Below, one piece after another: positions 13,389 to 26,314 of a stretch of 64,000 nucleotides of DNA (positions are counted from its first letter, which is position 1; every line of letters begins with the position of its first letter). The stretch is from contig UYFQ01000315.1 of the NCBI GenBank assembly GCA_900617105.1, positions 1-64,000 on the forward strand. The letters are read 5' to 3'. The notes under the pieces were generated by a model. The model was not told the DNA's origin. It did no database searches and was given only the letters and a program-made list of their open reading frames with translations. A program made the translations under genes and the position numbers. Origin of the DNA: Hydrurus foetidus. Its lineage: Eukaryota.

Positions 13389-15754
13389 TCATGGATTTTT
13401 CAATGTGAGCATGACTGGACAGTGGTCAGAACCGAGGAACCCTTCTAAATCTTTGCCTTCTCCTAGTACGTCATTCAGTGAGCCAGTAAGTCAGTCAATC
13501 AAGGAAGTATATCAAGTCCTTTGAGGAAATGCAGTAAGTGCTCAAAAAGAAAAAAGGCGAATATTGGTGCTCACTACAAAATGGAATACCGGTTGAGGAG
13601 ATAGGAGATGAAAAAGATGAGAAGAGAAAAGATGATGTGGGATGAGAATAGAATAGAGAAGGTAGAAAAAGAAAAAGAAATAATAAAGTAAAGAAGTGCC
13701 TACCTAGTATTTCGCAAGATATCACTAGATCCATCATGTTCTGCGGCACAAGAGCATAGTCGATGCGCATGCCTTTCCCGTAGTATTTCCCCCACTCAGC
13801 ATTCTGAGTCCCGGCTGCACCCCTCCAAGTGTAATTTGGACCAAGAGGATTTAAGCCTATTGTAACGGTTTTTACATGTAGTGTTACACATTTAGTCTTA
13901 ATTTGGCATCGAGGGAGTATACAAATATGGAGTCCTAATTTGTCCGTTTACTAGCGATGATGCTTACAGTATCATTAAAATTATGTAAGTATTAATCATT
14001 AAGATTGTCGAGGGTAGTAAAGATTCACTTAATAGATGATGACGATTGACTGGAGGAAGATAATTGTTGTTGCCACGTCATTCCATATCTTTTGCCATAC
14101 CAGGGTCGTCATCGCTGAATGTATGACTCTGTAGTTCCTCCTCGAGTGCACACGTGGAAACAGGATGAAAATGTCTGTACGTGTCAATCAAACTGCACGT
14201 ACTCAATATCTCTGAGAACCTTCTTCGCTCATTCGGTGTATAGCCTGAGAGATTTATTGATGCAAAGATTGGATAACTTCGATAAATAGATAGATTGATT
14301 GATTGACGGACGGATGAAAGTATTGGATTAGATTGGATAGGATAGGAGATAGGATTGGATAAGATGATAGCATGCAGAGAGAAAGAAGATTTTTAATTGC
14401 TTCGCGCATCAGTCAAACAATAAGAGAAGAGAAGAAGAATTTTGGCTACTGACGTTAGTTAGTCAGTGAGGCAAGGAAAGAGTTCAGTTTAAATAATGTA
14501 CGAATCATCCCCCGCATAACAACTAATACCGAACCACTAAGAAGCATCAACTTATGTAAACAGCTGTCGCTCACTTTCAGATGATCTCATTATTTGTCAC
14601 AATGGTGCATATTTGTGATCCTAACTGGTTGGGTAACTGTTTCTTGGGGGATAACTAATGCTATGACGTAAGCTGTACTGTTTGTAGCTGATCAAAGTGA
14701 CGGTTAAGAGTCTACGATGACATCTAGTAGATATTCAATGGACATGGAGGTAATAGTCAGCCATATAATTATCTAAATAGTCAGCTAATACGCACGTACC
14801 TGCTTGTCCTGAGTCTCCTTTCTCTGACTGTCTCATCTGCTGCGAGAAGAACAAAGGGTGAGTGACGTCGGCAGGGGTATGGGCGACATTCAGATCCCCC
14901 ACCCACACCACGTGTCTCTCTCTCTCGGCAGCTCTGCTCAGGAAGAGCTGAATGTCTTTATCCCATAGTCTCCTTCTTAAGAAAGAAGCTTCTGTTGATC
15001 CGTTGTTCGGTGCGTACGTGGCCAGAAGATCGAAAGAAGGCAGGCCGATGCAAACGACCCTCCCATCAGAATAATGACCATCAATTACATTACTTGACTC
15101 ATAGATTGATGCATCAGAAGTTGGGCTTGCAGAACAGGAAGGTTCTGATGAGGAAACAGAAGAGCTCTTCTCCTGCATAATTCCATGAACTGAGGAATCA
15201 CCAGCAACTACACTTTCCACTATGACATCTGAACTCTGCACACTTGGAGTCTTTTCGCTATTTTGCTTTTGGTGCTTAATGGATTGTTTCTCAGCTGCTC
15301 CAAAAGTGTATTCAATCCAGGAAGGTTCTTCGCTACCTTTCCTCACAGCAACCATCGTTCCCGCGTACCGCCAGTCAGACAAACTGAAATACATGCGATA
15401 GCCACCAAATGCATCGCAGTTGTGCAGAACGCGTTTTTCAGTTGCTACTTTACTGTCCCTATCATCTATTTTGGTCCTATCTCTCCTGGACCCGTCATTC
15501 TTCTTGGGATTACTCGAGAAAGCCTTCGCAGGCAATCTGACCTCCTGAACAGCGACTACATCGGGCATATGTCTCCTCATGAAATCTACGAAGTCAGCAT
15601 GATTCCTCTTATCATTGATTCTATTCGCTAGAGAGTTACTGTTGATAGTGATGATTTTATATGTATCGTTCAGCTTCGAGCTCTTGGATTCTTGGTCACC
15701 GGCTGTAGGCGTCTCAACCGCAGGCCTCTTTTTCGACACAATAAACTTATCCAT
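13389..15754 (-). CDS. ExoIII/Xth-family AP endonuclease, APE1L-like (4 exons)
   Basis: ITINSNSL, PDVVAVQEVR, YAGT, DGRV, TYAPNNG, WVGDLNVAH, GKGMRIDY and terminal GFLGSDHCPV, then TGA at 13389. Confidence 0.92.
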
Positions 15755-15914
15755 TTTAGAGCGTTGTCAATGATTTGGCAAACCTGCTACACTGATTGTA
15801 GTTTGTAAGTGCAGCAACCCAAGTCGGAATTCAAGATCAGAGCTATACTTGGTGGATCGATGCAAACGCGACGTATGCGTCTAGTGAACGTACACTCCAA
15901 GCTGTACATACTGT

Positions 15915-16270
15915 CAGGCTTGTATGAACATTTCATGTGCCTAGCTAGGTCACAGGTCACATTTAAGTGACACTTAATCTTGTATAACTGTACATGTTTT
16001 ATGAATTTTCAGCGATTTTGTTGACATCTGACTTCATATTGAAGTGCATTTAAATGGCACTTAGAAGTTGGCAGTGTTTCCTGAGGACATTTCCTTTAAA
16101 TGTTGCATTTAAATGCTCACTCAGAACATTTAAATGCAACTTTGAATTATTGAGTATCGACATTACGCACTAAATATCAAGTGTACTCTCAGCGATGAGT
16201 GAAGTGCGTAAATATTGATCTCGAACTTTAGGTCTCATTTCAATGTACATTAACTGTTTATACAAGCCTG
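15915..16270. mobile_element. hAT-like MITE
   Basis: TIRs CAGGCTTGTATGAACA / TGTTTATACAAGCCTG match 15 of 16. Flanks CATACTGT and CATGCAGT match 6 of 8, consistent with a degenerate 8-bp TSD. Internal CATTTAAATG repeats. Confidence 0.75.
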
Positions 16271-16581
16271 CATGCAGTCCATCACCTGAAGATCGTAGAT
16301 GGATGCATCAACCGTCATCCATCCCTGTAGGCGAATATGGCATGTGTTCTTAGATAACGCACTATAATGTACTGCATTTGCTGTAAAATCTTTTTTAAGA
16401 CTGATACCCTCCATCATTTCGCAGTTGTCTCGGCAGAGTAATACTCCCACGAAATCTCGAAAAAAGACAGAGGACAGAAACTCACTTCGCACTATGTGAA
16501 CAAACTAGATGATTAACAATTCAGTAGCAAAGTCCTCATCAGTAGTAATGTCCTTGCAGAACATTTTAATTCTACACTCAT

Positions 16582-19500
16582 TTAAAGTGGGCGGAGAACC
16601 ATCAATCTTTCATCTGTGGACAATTTCGCATCAAGTTCTGAGAACTTTCTCAGCGCTGCTTCTTCATGTGTGGCCAATCTTTGCTCCAAAATTTGAATTC
16701 GAAACATAGCTTCTGTACAGTATTTTTCATATTCCTCAGTGGATAGATCGCCTTCTCTTTGTGACCGTTGAAATCTCTCTTGTTCCCTTCCTAGTTTTGC
16801 ATTCTCATCGTTTAGGCGAGATTGAATGATGTTTGCTCTTTCCACTAGTCGTGCCCTAAGAGCATCTAAACAATTCTGACGAGCATCAGAAGCTTCTTCT
16901 TTCGTAATTCTCGATGCGTCCTTGACGAGCCTCAAATAGGGGGTTAAATAATTCAACCCCTTCGCCTCCTTTTCTTCTTTACCTTCTGCACTTCCCGCTT
17001 GTTGAAATTCTAATTTATCCGCCTTATCCAATGCAACTTCGAAAACGTTTTTCTCATTGATCACATTTTTCTCACTTTCTTCCCTCGATGAATAGATTCT
17101 TTGCATCTGTAGAAAAGAAGATTTAATCCCTGAGTAACACTCTCTCTCTAACTGCGCTGCCTCTTGCAGAGCATCTTGATCTTCCACAACTCCCGTTTCT
17201 TGTGCATACGCTTGTTCTGTCATTCCAGGTACCCCTGGTCCTCTACTGTGTAAGTACGTCTTCACAGTGCACGTGATTTGGTCGAGTTCGAAGTGATAAG
17301 TCGCCACTACTTTTCCCTCTTTTACAAAGAACACTCTTTTCGCCACGTCAGTGCCCATGACTGGCTGTGATTTGTCCACTTCGTACTTCAATGTCATACG
17401 TAACACGTACAGCTCAGGAGCCAAGCCCCCTCCAGGAAGGGGAAATTGTCTCGCACCAACCGACATCTTATCCACGGTAAAAAGCACAGAGCGATAAATA
17501 AGACAATCTGTACGTCCTTGAAATATTTCGAACACTTTCTCACCGACTACTTCAACCCTTCTCACCAACCTGTCCAATCTCCCGTCCACATAAAAATCAA
17601 TTTCTGATCTTTTCCCCGGATAATTTGTCCACTGCTTCACTTCACCTGGCCCCCCAGGATTATAAAACTCAACAACACGATTATTTGCGCCTAAAAAAGT
17701 TCTCACACGTTTGTACATTTTGTCTTTTCTGTTTTCAAACCATTCATTTATTTCCTTTACTATGGTGCGGTCCTTGTCAAGGTACGTCATCACTCTCATT
17801 ACCATACACTGAGAAAAGAGAAGAGGAGAGAAGAGGGGAGAGGAGAGTGAGGGGAAGAGGAGAGAGGGGAAGAAGAGTGAGGGGAAGAGGAGAAAGGGGA
17901 AGAGGAGAGAGGGGAAGAGGAGAGAGGGGAAGAAGAATGAGGAGAAGAGGAGAGAGGGGAAGAGAAGACATTCTTGTGATAGATTTGGGACGGCAGTGTC
18001 AGATATATGCATGAAAACGATAAACATCAGAAACATCTCGGCGTACATTTGAAGTTTATCAACGATAAAAAATTTGAAGTAAATCATTGATTATGTAAGT
18101 TACATGAGATGGAGGGACCCACAATACAGTAGGATAATATAACACGATTCAACACCATATTAGACAAAAAAATACAAAAAAATACAAAAAAACGAAAATG
18201 ACAATGACGATTACTTACTTGAGGATGAGTATTTCTTGCAAAAAAATCCGCCTTCGCGCAATAATACTGAATGGTTCTCCTTCCATAGGGTGGATATCTC
18301 ATCAGATAGAGAGATCTATCAAGAGTTATAGGCGACACCCAACTAGGAGGATTCTCGAAACTTCTCGAAACTTCAGAAAATGCTTCAGCTTTATTTAAAT
18401 GAGCACTATTATTCGGTCTGTCTTTTTTCTTTTCTTCCAGCATGTCATCATGTGGGTCTTCACCTAGTGTTACCGAGCTAGCTTCATCGTCTTCTGATGT
18501 TTGAGTTCCGTAGGGAAATAAACTCTCCCACTGATTAGTCTTGGACAAATCAAAATTTATCTGAAAAGGCAAAGAAAAAAAGTGAATATTCATTTCAGTG
18601 CATAGTCAGATATCCAGGTAATTGCATAGACTTTTTTGTTTAATCGATGATTGTCTTACATCTTGCACTTTCAGGTCTGATGAATTTAGCACCCAGAAGT
18701 TGTTGTTATTCCACACAGAATCCACTCCCAGATAGGGACTGCAACTTGAAGAATAAACGCGACCAGTTGAAGGCTCAAAGAACATATTTTCCTTCACATC
18801 CCTTCTACCAGCACACACCATGACCCAAGCATGCTGCCTTTTTTCTCCGTCTAACAAATCACTGTCGATATCTTTTTCACCATTTAATGAAGTTGGTGGA
18901 GGGTCAGTTATCCATAACTCAAAAGTATCAAGTTTTTCTACTCTCTTTCTTTCCTCTTGACGTTCTATGTATTGACTGCTCTTTACAGAATTATCAAGCG
19001 GAATATATGAACTTTCTTCGATTTCAGATTTTTCTTCCTCTTCATTCTTTATCTTTGTCTTTGCAAATGAATCAGTCAATGAAGTTGCCATCGGACAAGG
19101 CGTCGAGCTTTGATCACGTAATGTTATATGACGAGGAGCATATCCGCAAACCACATAAGCGTCATAGCCGCTGCCGATAAGTAATGAGCACAATAAAGTT
19201 GAAATGTCAAAGCAGTCTCCCGTGTGCAGTTTTAAAGTTTCTGTTGGGGAGAAGATCAAATGAGGCGGTCTAGTTGGTGGATCAAGCGGCTCATATAAGA
19301 TATACCCAGCTAAAAACGCTGAACACTCATACATATCGTACAGCTCAGAAAATGGAATATGGGAGGGTCTTATCACTGAACACACAAACTTCTGCAGTCC
19401 ATGCTCGTTATCAACAATCATATATGGCTGCTTTCTTTTTGGATAAAGAATTTCATACTGCTTCAGGAAGGACTGGATGTATTCAAGACAAAGTTCCTCC

Positions 19501-19625
19501 CTAGTTGAGTTGCTTTTGTAAGAGCTTGGTACTTTTGATGCATAGGAGGATTTCCTGCAATCTCTCGCCCTCTCTTTTTTTGTGTTTATCCGCCCTTCAG
19601 CTGAGAATATAACAGAGTCCCTCAT
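16582..19625 (-). CDS. DRC7: Dynein regulatory complex subunit 7 (CCDC135), 3 exons
   Basis: Transglutaminase-like GDCFDISTLLCSLLIGSGYDAYVVCGYAP, HAWVMV, FFEPSTG, and C-terminal RLVERANIIQSRL...YCTEAMFRIQILEQRL. Exons about 19625-18659, 18561-18219 and 17809-16582. Confidence 0.93.
17811..17968. repeat. About 15-bp purine/pyrimidine tandem repeat at the 3' end of a DRC7 intron
   Basis: Repeated GAGGGGAAGAGGAGA units immediately before the AG acceptor on the minus strand. Confidence 0.85.
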
Positions 19626-20704
19626 ATATCACTTTTGATGCCACAAGCAAACATGCACCTAGATTATTGAGCGATTAATAACTCATAACTCATGAACTTG
19701 TCAGATTCATCGAGAGGACTCCGGATCCACATTAAAGAAAAGAAGGTGAAACCGACGTCTTTGCGTCGGAGTTTGGAAATATTGGAAGTAAAATAAAGTA
19801 AAACAAATCATAGAAGTGAAAAATTAAGAGCAAAAACTTTTGCTAATGGTGCCATAAAAAGATATTATCCTCATCCGTTATCAACTAATCGGTAAAGATA
19901 TAATCGTGACACTTTTGAAGATCGAGGAGATTATTTCCCCAGGACAACCATAATTTTTTGTTCGAGATAGTTGCAGTACGATTATTTTTATTTTTATCAA
20001 GAAATTCGGACAGAAGGAACATTGCCTACTTGCTCTATATAATGCTGACGCGATGAAGAGAAATGAACTTAAGTTTCCATCAGTCGATTGTCGCACTCCA
20101 CCCCTCTTCAGATAATTCAAGAATCACGAGGAGAATTTATTTTTTTCGATATCGTAACTCTGCTTCATGAAATCATGTAACCTCCGAATCGCGCAAGAAG
20201 TCAACCAATTTTGAACAAGTTAACATTTCTGTTCTACTAACTCATGACATGACGTCACGTGATAACTATTCTCGCTGATTTGATGTAGACCGTAAGAATC
20301 TGCTAATTCCGGTTAAGAATATCTAGCACTCCACATTGCTCTGTAAAGTAGCACTAAAGCATGACAATTATCCAAGAAAATAGCAATTTAAAAGCGTTCT
20401 GTATGAGTTGTCGATTAGGTAAATAAAGCAATTCATGACATCAGTTGTCACATCCCGTCATAGGGATCTCAAAATTAGAAGAGCAACATGCAACATGCGT
20501 CTCCCTTCCAGTGAATAAAATGCTGTGCTGGTAGAGTTCCTCTCAGTTAAAGCACATCTTGCGCATTATATCCTCAACCGTCACAAATATTTGTGTTCTA
20601 AATCAAAGTGTGCTTCTTCGACGACTGAACAAGAAGTGTCAACAAGAAGTGTCAAGACTGGTTTTCGAATTCATTCCTGACTTATTTATCAACACTACCG
20701 TACT

Positions 20705-21396
20705 TCAGACTATAGGAGTTTCATTATTCATGTTTTCGTTGATAAATTTCCTCAAGTTATCCTTACTTAAAGCTCCTGAATGTGATGCAACCTATTCCCA
20801 GTAATACAGGGAAAAGTTCATCAGCTCTTCGGTAATTGATGTTGTTGACACATTTTTAGCTGTACAGTGTTAAAGAACAATTTGATTCGAAACGTACCAT
20901 TCTTCCATTCCTGAAGATTCCAAATAAAGGTAAGCCTTGAATATTGAAGGAATCAACTGAACAACAGATGATGTGTCTGATTAGATGTTATAATCAGTCG
21001 GGACAATCTTTTCTACCGTTGAATCGGTAGTATTCGTTACCTTTATCTTCATGTTTGTCTGTATCCACTTTGACGAATTTCACTTCCGTAAGCTCATCTG
21101 CGAGGGACTGGAAGATTGGTCCGACAAGCTGCAAAGATATACTGTCAGTAAAAACCTACGGAATGAAACAGCTAATGACGTCTCACCTTGCATGGACCAC
21201 ACCATTCTGCATAGAAATCGACAATCACTGGCTTTGTGGCAGACTGTTGTATGACGTTTAAATCAAACTCATCCACCTGGCATTCTATCATATTTTTCAG
21301 CAAGGTGTTTGACCTCGTGATAGAAGAGAACTTTGGCAGCTTGTATGCTGCTGCAAAGACGATAATGGAGACAAGAAGAACAAAGAGGGATCTCAT
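20705..21396 (-). CDS. Thioredoxin, probably plastid-targeted (4 exons)
   Basis: PVIVDFYAEWCGPCK|LVGPIF...VKFVKVDTD...FNIQGLP. N-terminal signal peptide ends AAA-Y and is followed by a Ser/Lys-rich transit-like region. Confidence 0.9.
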
Positions 21397-21851
21397 TTTT
21401 TATGAACTGTCCTTACGCGCTAATACTTGAAGTTTGATGGCATCTACAATCTGTAAGGGATATGGGAAGGGACATAATATAGGCTTCACTTTTCGTGGTA
21501 CGTGTCGTAGGCTCTTCAACTGTTGAACTCAACTCTTGAGCTGGCTACTGTATGAGTTTTAACCGGTAAAAGGTAGATTTAGGTTACTTTTAGGTAGGTC
21601 ATTAATTGTCAGTACTTTTCGATCTGCTCGAAAATTTGCGCAGCGGAATCTCCCAACGTAATAAATAATAAATAATAAGACATCGCAGAGAATCTCTGTA
21701 ACGCCTCTAGAAAATCTATGATAAGGCGTATCAGTACCTGAGTGTAGACTGTCGAATATTCAGCTTGGACTCCATCTGATTTGGTTTTTACCGGTAGAGA
21801 GATATTGCTGTGATCGACACGTCGGGTTGAATTATCACTGAAAGATTTGTA

Positions 21852-23828
21852 ATGAGTGAAAAGGAGGGTCTCGCAAAACTTGCAGCTTATCTTCAGCAAA
21901 CGCGGAAGCAAGCTGAAGAGTCAATCGATGTGTTGAATACTAGAATTATGGTTTTAGAAAGTGAGGCCGAAGCCATATCTTCTGAGAGGGACCATTTTAA
22001 GAATTATTCCGAACAGCTAAAATTGGAAAACTCAAAGAAATGGCGTTTACAGGAGAGAGATGACTGGAAGTCACTTGTTGAAAGCATTCAAAACGATAGG
22101 ACTAGGTTGAGGCAGGATTGCAGCCGTCTGGAAAGCGAGTTAGAGGAGGCAAAGGCTGGTGTCAAAATTTTAGAAGAGGAAATAAGTCACATGACGAACA
22201 GTAACAGGTTGGTACTTTTCATAGGACGACTTTATTTGACTGCCATTCTTTACTGATTTCATGGCATTCTTATCAGTAGCAACTGTGACCCACTTCTCTA
22301 TGATCAGTGATGCTTATTATTTACCCTCCTTCACAGGACGTTTTTATAGTAGACTTGTGATACATCACATATTGACAAAATCATATCACGCTTCATTAAA
22401 TTACATCAGCCAACTGTCCTATGATGACAGTACACTGGACTTCGGCAGATCTGAATCGAAAGAATTAGAAGCGCCATTAAGTCCTTCTGGTTTCTTCGCG
22501 TCTAATAACTCTTTTCAAACTCCCACCAAAGGTTCCAATACTGCTCCAGGTAAGATTCCGTATTTTGTTTTCATTTTATTTCATTTCGTATTGAGGTGTT
22601 TATTTTTTGAGGCCACCGATTTGATCTGCTCAACATGACTGTTCAGTAATGGATTAAGGGAGTAATATCGTACATAAACTAATAGTAACGTCAAGTGACT
22701 GTATTAGAATACGGAGAGTTTGTGTGGAGTATGCATTTGCTTGATTGATATAATCGCGCAACATTTATGAAGTGCTCTATCTGATGAAACATGAGTCATG
22801 GGATTAAAAGATGAACAGTTAGGTAGATAGCACGAGATGGTGGGATCTGCCATTCTCCTGCACATCTCCTATCGGCGTTACTCCATCTCCTCACCAACAC
22901 ACTCACTGACACACAATTTAATATAACATGATATGCAGGAAATGAGGAGATCAGAAAAGCACCCACCCCCAGGGCTGTGTCTCTCAAACTTCAAGTTGAG
23001 CTACAGAGGGCTTTGGCGAAGGTACGTCATCGTGAACAATTGATCCTTACATCTGTGCTGTGAATCGCGCTAGCTGTATTTCAAGGCTCATCGTTTGTTA
23101 CTCATCCACTTTTAATCTGGACCCACCCCTATACACGACAATTAACTGTACCGTACTGTTTTCAGTTTTCAGTACTGTGCAGTCAATTGTCGTGTATAGG
23201 GGTGGGTCCAGATTAAACGTGGATCTCGATCTGTAATAAACGAGGAGCTTGATCTTTGAATTGTGATCGGAAAGAGAAGATCATGATGACGTACTTTGAG
23301 ATATCCTCACCGCCTTCGAGATTCAGAAATATCGTGATAGATTATAAATCGTATATGACAGTTACGTTCACTACCCACAGCATTTATTTGGTGATGCACA
23401 TCTTAGCTATAACCATCTCAACACCAAAACAATATCTACCGTAAAAATCACTCGAAAACTGACAACTTTTATTACCTTCGAGAAGAAATCTCTATATCAT
23501 TGACTGAAATTATAATCTGTCGTGTGTTTGTTAATAGTCGGAGGCAGAAAGGAAAAGTTTTGAAGAAGATAAAAAGGCTCAAGAAAAAAAGATATCAGAT
23601 CTTGAAATGGAATTAAGTCGATTTAAAAAAACTGGAAATGGTTCAAAAATCAATAATTCAAATCAAATTAAAAACATGAATTCTGAGCAATTGAAGTTAG
23701 ACGACAGTGGAGTTGGCGTTTACAATGTCTCGCGTAATTCTGTATTTATGTACTCCGTGCCACAAAGTTTTTTTTCTTTTTTATTTTCTAGTGGCCCCGT
23801 CATGCATGCGCCTGTACTAAATGTGTAG
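21852..23828 (+). CDS. Coiled-coil protein of unknown function (about 4 exons)
   Basis: Heptad-rich first exon (ENSKKWRLQERDDWKSLVESIQNDRTRL). Exons about 21852-22208, 22450-22549, 22940-23021 and 23538-23828 join by GT-AG. Confidence 0.7.
23081..23252. repeat. Intronic foldback (MITE-like or hairpin RNA)
   Basis: Perfect 33-bp inverted repeat, 23111-23143 versus 23185-23217, with imperfect inner and outer extensions. Confidence 0.85.
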
Positions 23829-24567
23829 ACCTTGGACCTCAAATTCCACGGTACGTACGTACACCCTTATCGAATATGCTGACTGTCAATGTCATTACAT
23901 GCACAACAAACAGATCGTCGAGTTGTTGTGATTTACTTGACATGATACAGCGTAGCAGTGATGCGACATGAATAGCGAGACCTCTCTCCTTCCCTTCTTC
24001 CTCTTTTTCACTCGTGATTATTACTTGATTTTTGTAATGTATACAAGTACGATTGGTAATTAAAAATACAAACAATTTTGTAGAGCATAATTTTCTATCC
24101 AAATCACACATCACTGTGAGCAATATTCGAAACTGACTGCAAATAACGTGAATGAATTACTTGCTACATATTGTGCTCTGACTATTAATCTGCAGCACAT
24201 ACCCCTAGCTTTATGAAATTAGCAGAGAGGGGGACCTATTGTTTCTTAAATTCTAAGTAAGCCCCAATTTTTTCCAAAGTTTTAACGGAAATGGAACTAA
24301 AACCGTGCTGAAAACGTACCGGTAACGGCTTAATTACGCCGTATCTGCGGCTTTATTGAGCCGTTACCGGTAAAATTTCCGGATTTTGCGGCCAAATACG
24401 GTATAATGAATCTCCATACGGGAATTATTTTACCGAAATGGACTAAAAACCGTACATTGATCTTAATTAAGCACCGTTTTATTTTGGTGGTTTAGACCCC
24501 CTAAGTTTTGGACCTTTCCGGTTGTCAAATGGAACTTTTAGATGGCTTGGAATTTTCTTCAGACCAG

Positions 24568-25180
24568 GGCGGCGCAGTCTCGGGTAAAATAATCATGTCC
24601 AAAAAATTTCCTCAAGGGGGGGGGGGGGATATTGGTAAAACTTTTGTGAAATGCAAAACTTTTCGCCACTCAGAACGTCACCATGAATACCGGATATGGG
24701 ATACTGGATAAGAGTTACGGTATAAATTTTACCGGATACGGCATAATATTTACCGGAGACGGCATAATATTTACCGGAGACAATATATTATACCAGAAAC
24801 GTTATGATATTTACCGCAGACTCCGTGAAAGGTACCGAATAATAATCGTGATTGGTCACAGAAACCGCATAATGACAGTATTTGGTCGAAGGAACCGGAT
24901 ATCTAAAAAAAATTTGCACTCCTGAAAAGTTTTGTCGATGTTCAGCTCAAGGGGGAGTTCCGGTTGGACGTGATTATTTCTGCGTCTGCCCATACGCAGT
25001 ACGCGCGTATATACGCAAACTGGATTTTTGCGTATATACGCGCGCATATACACGAACTTAACGTATAAAATGCGTATGCGTATATACGCAATTCTCGGAA
25101 ATGTGCGTATTGCGTATATATTTTTCCAATTTTTTGCGTATGGGCAGACGCAGGATTATTTTACCCGAGACTGCGCCGCC
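24568..25180. mobile_element. PIF/Harbinger-like non-autonomous element, layer 3
   Basis: TIR GGCGGCGCAGTCTCGGGTAAAATAATC is inverted at the right end. CAG 3-bp duplication at 24565-24567 and 25181-25183. Internal repeats of about 22 bp (TTTACCGGAGACGGCATAATAT). Confidence 0.82.
24980..25153. mobile_element. 174-bp MITE with 8-bp TSD (hAT-like), innermost layer
   Basis: Perfect 19-bp TIRs CTGCGTCTGCCCATACGCA / TGCGTATGGGCAGACGCAG. Perfect GATTATTT duplication at 24972-24979 and 25154-25161. Internal GCGTATATACGC palindromes. Confidence 0.92.
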
Positions 25181-26314
25181 CAGGGCGAGTTCAAAAACAA
25201 CCTCAGAAGTAAAGTACACTAAAAACTCCGTATGCTAGAATTAATCTTGGAGAGGTGCGCTTAAATAGGTCCCCCACTCTACGCACCCTTCTCCGAGATA
25301 TAACTTTTTTTGGGAGGGACCTTGGATCTCGGTATTCTAAGTGGAAAACAATAAAAATGGGTGCTTCCGCCGCAAATTAATTCCCAAAAAAAGTAAAGAG
25401 TTATATCTGGGTGGGGTGCGTACAAATTCAATAAAGCTGGGGGTACGTGCTGTAGATAAAAAGTCAAAGCACTATGTAACAGATATGTCTATCACTGTGT
25501 GGGAACGGTACCGCATTGTAAATAACGTGCGTGCGTGACATATTCACATTACGTGTACTATATCACATTGAGTCAAAGGGCAATCCACGATCCTCGTTTT
25601 TTGTCGTTTTTAAGAGGATATCAACGCAACTCAATCACCACACATACTCCGCGACCAAAGTAGGCAATTCTCGATCCCGTTGTAAAATACAATTTGTTCC
25701 ATCACCCCGTCCACTGATGTGCACGTTATCTGAGTCTTATTGTCTCGTTTGGTGCACATGGATGTGCGTATGTGCGATGTCGGTGAGAGTCAGACAAATC
25801 AAAATGAAAGGTAAAAATAAAAAAAATGCTGATCGAAAATTGCATAATTCGTTTTGAAATAAAGTAAACAACAGTATAATATTTTGCACGGCAACTTCAA
25901 CGAAAGACAGCAGAGTGATTGTATACTGCAGAGAGGCAAAAACAATGCCCCGCCCCGCCCTGCCTATCTCTACAGGCGGCTACACTGATCGAACCTAAAT
26001 CGTAATTCTCAAAAATGACATTCCCTTCTCGTGGGCGCTGATGACAATCGTGACGGCAATTGTCTGATCAAAAAAATGATGGCAGCTGTATGCCATGCCA
26101 TGCCATGTCACGTCATGGTGTTGGCTTGTGTTGCGTTGCATTGTGCTGTGTTTTGGTGTGTCGCATCGTCACATTACTACACATCACATCGCACCACACG
26201 CACTACATCATCTCAACGCATCCAGGACAGCTAATTCATGAAATATTATACAAAAGGAACATAGAAAACAATTACAACCCATTCGACAAAATTATTCTTC
26301 ATCTTCCAACAAAT

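Larger units (their letters stand above)
24225..25279. mobile_element. Non-autonomous DNA transposon, layer 2, probably inserted at TA
   Basis: TIRs GAGAGGGGGACCTATT / AATAGGTCCCCCACTC match 15 of 16. Flanks are CA (left) and TA (right). Confidence 0.7.
24165..25478. mobile_element. Outermost foldback/MITE of the nested cluster
   Basis: Left arm TACATATTGTGCTCTGACT...CAGCACATACCCCTAGCTTTAT is an imperfect inverse of right arm ATAAAGCTGGGGGTACGTGCTG...AGTCAAAGCACTATGTA. The left arm resumes after 25281 (CGCACCC...AGATATAACT). Confidence 0.7.

Noticed and set aside
19930..19950. X-box-like motif upstream of DRC7, with weak look-alikes near ADGB-like and RSP3
   Set aside because: Poor match to the consensus, not consistent across the three genes, and RFX regulation is not established in stramenopiles.
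21555..21800. ACCGGTAAAAA / TTTTTACCGGT inverted pair as a MITE
   Set aside because: Only 11 bp, partly self-palindromic, with no TSD.
24685..24840. Repeats of about 22 bp as a CRISPR-like array
   Set aside because: They are tandem without unique spacers, lie inside a TIR element in eukaryotic DNA, and there are no cas genes.
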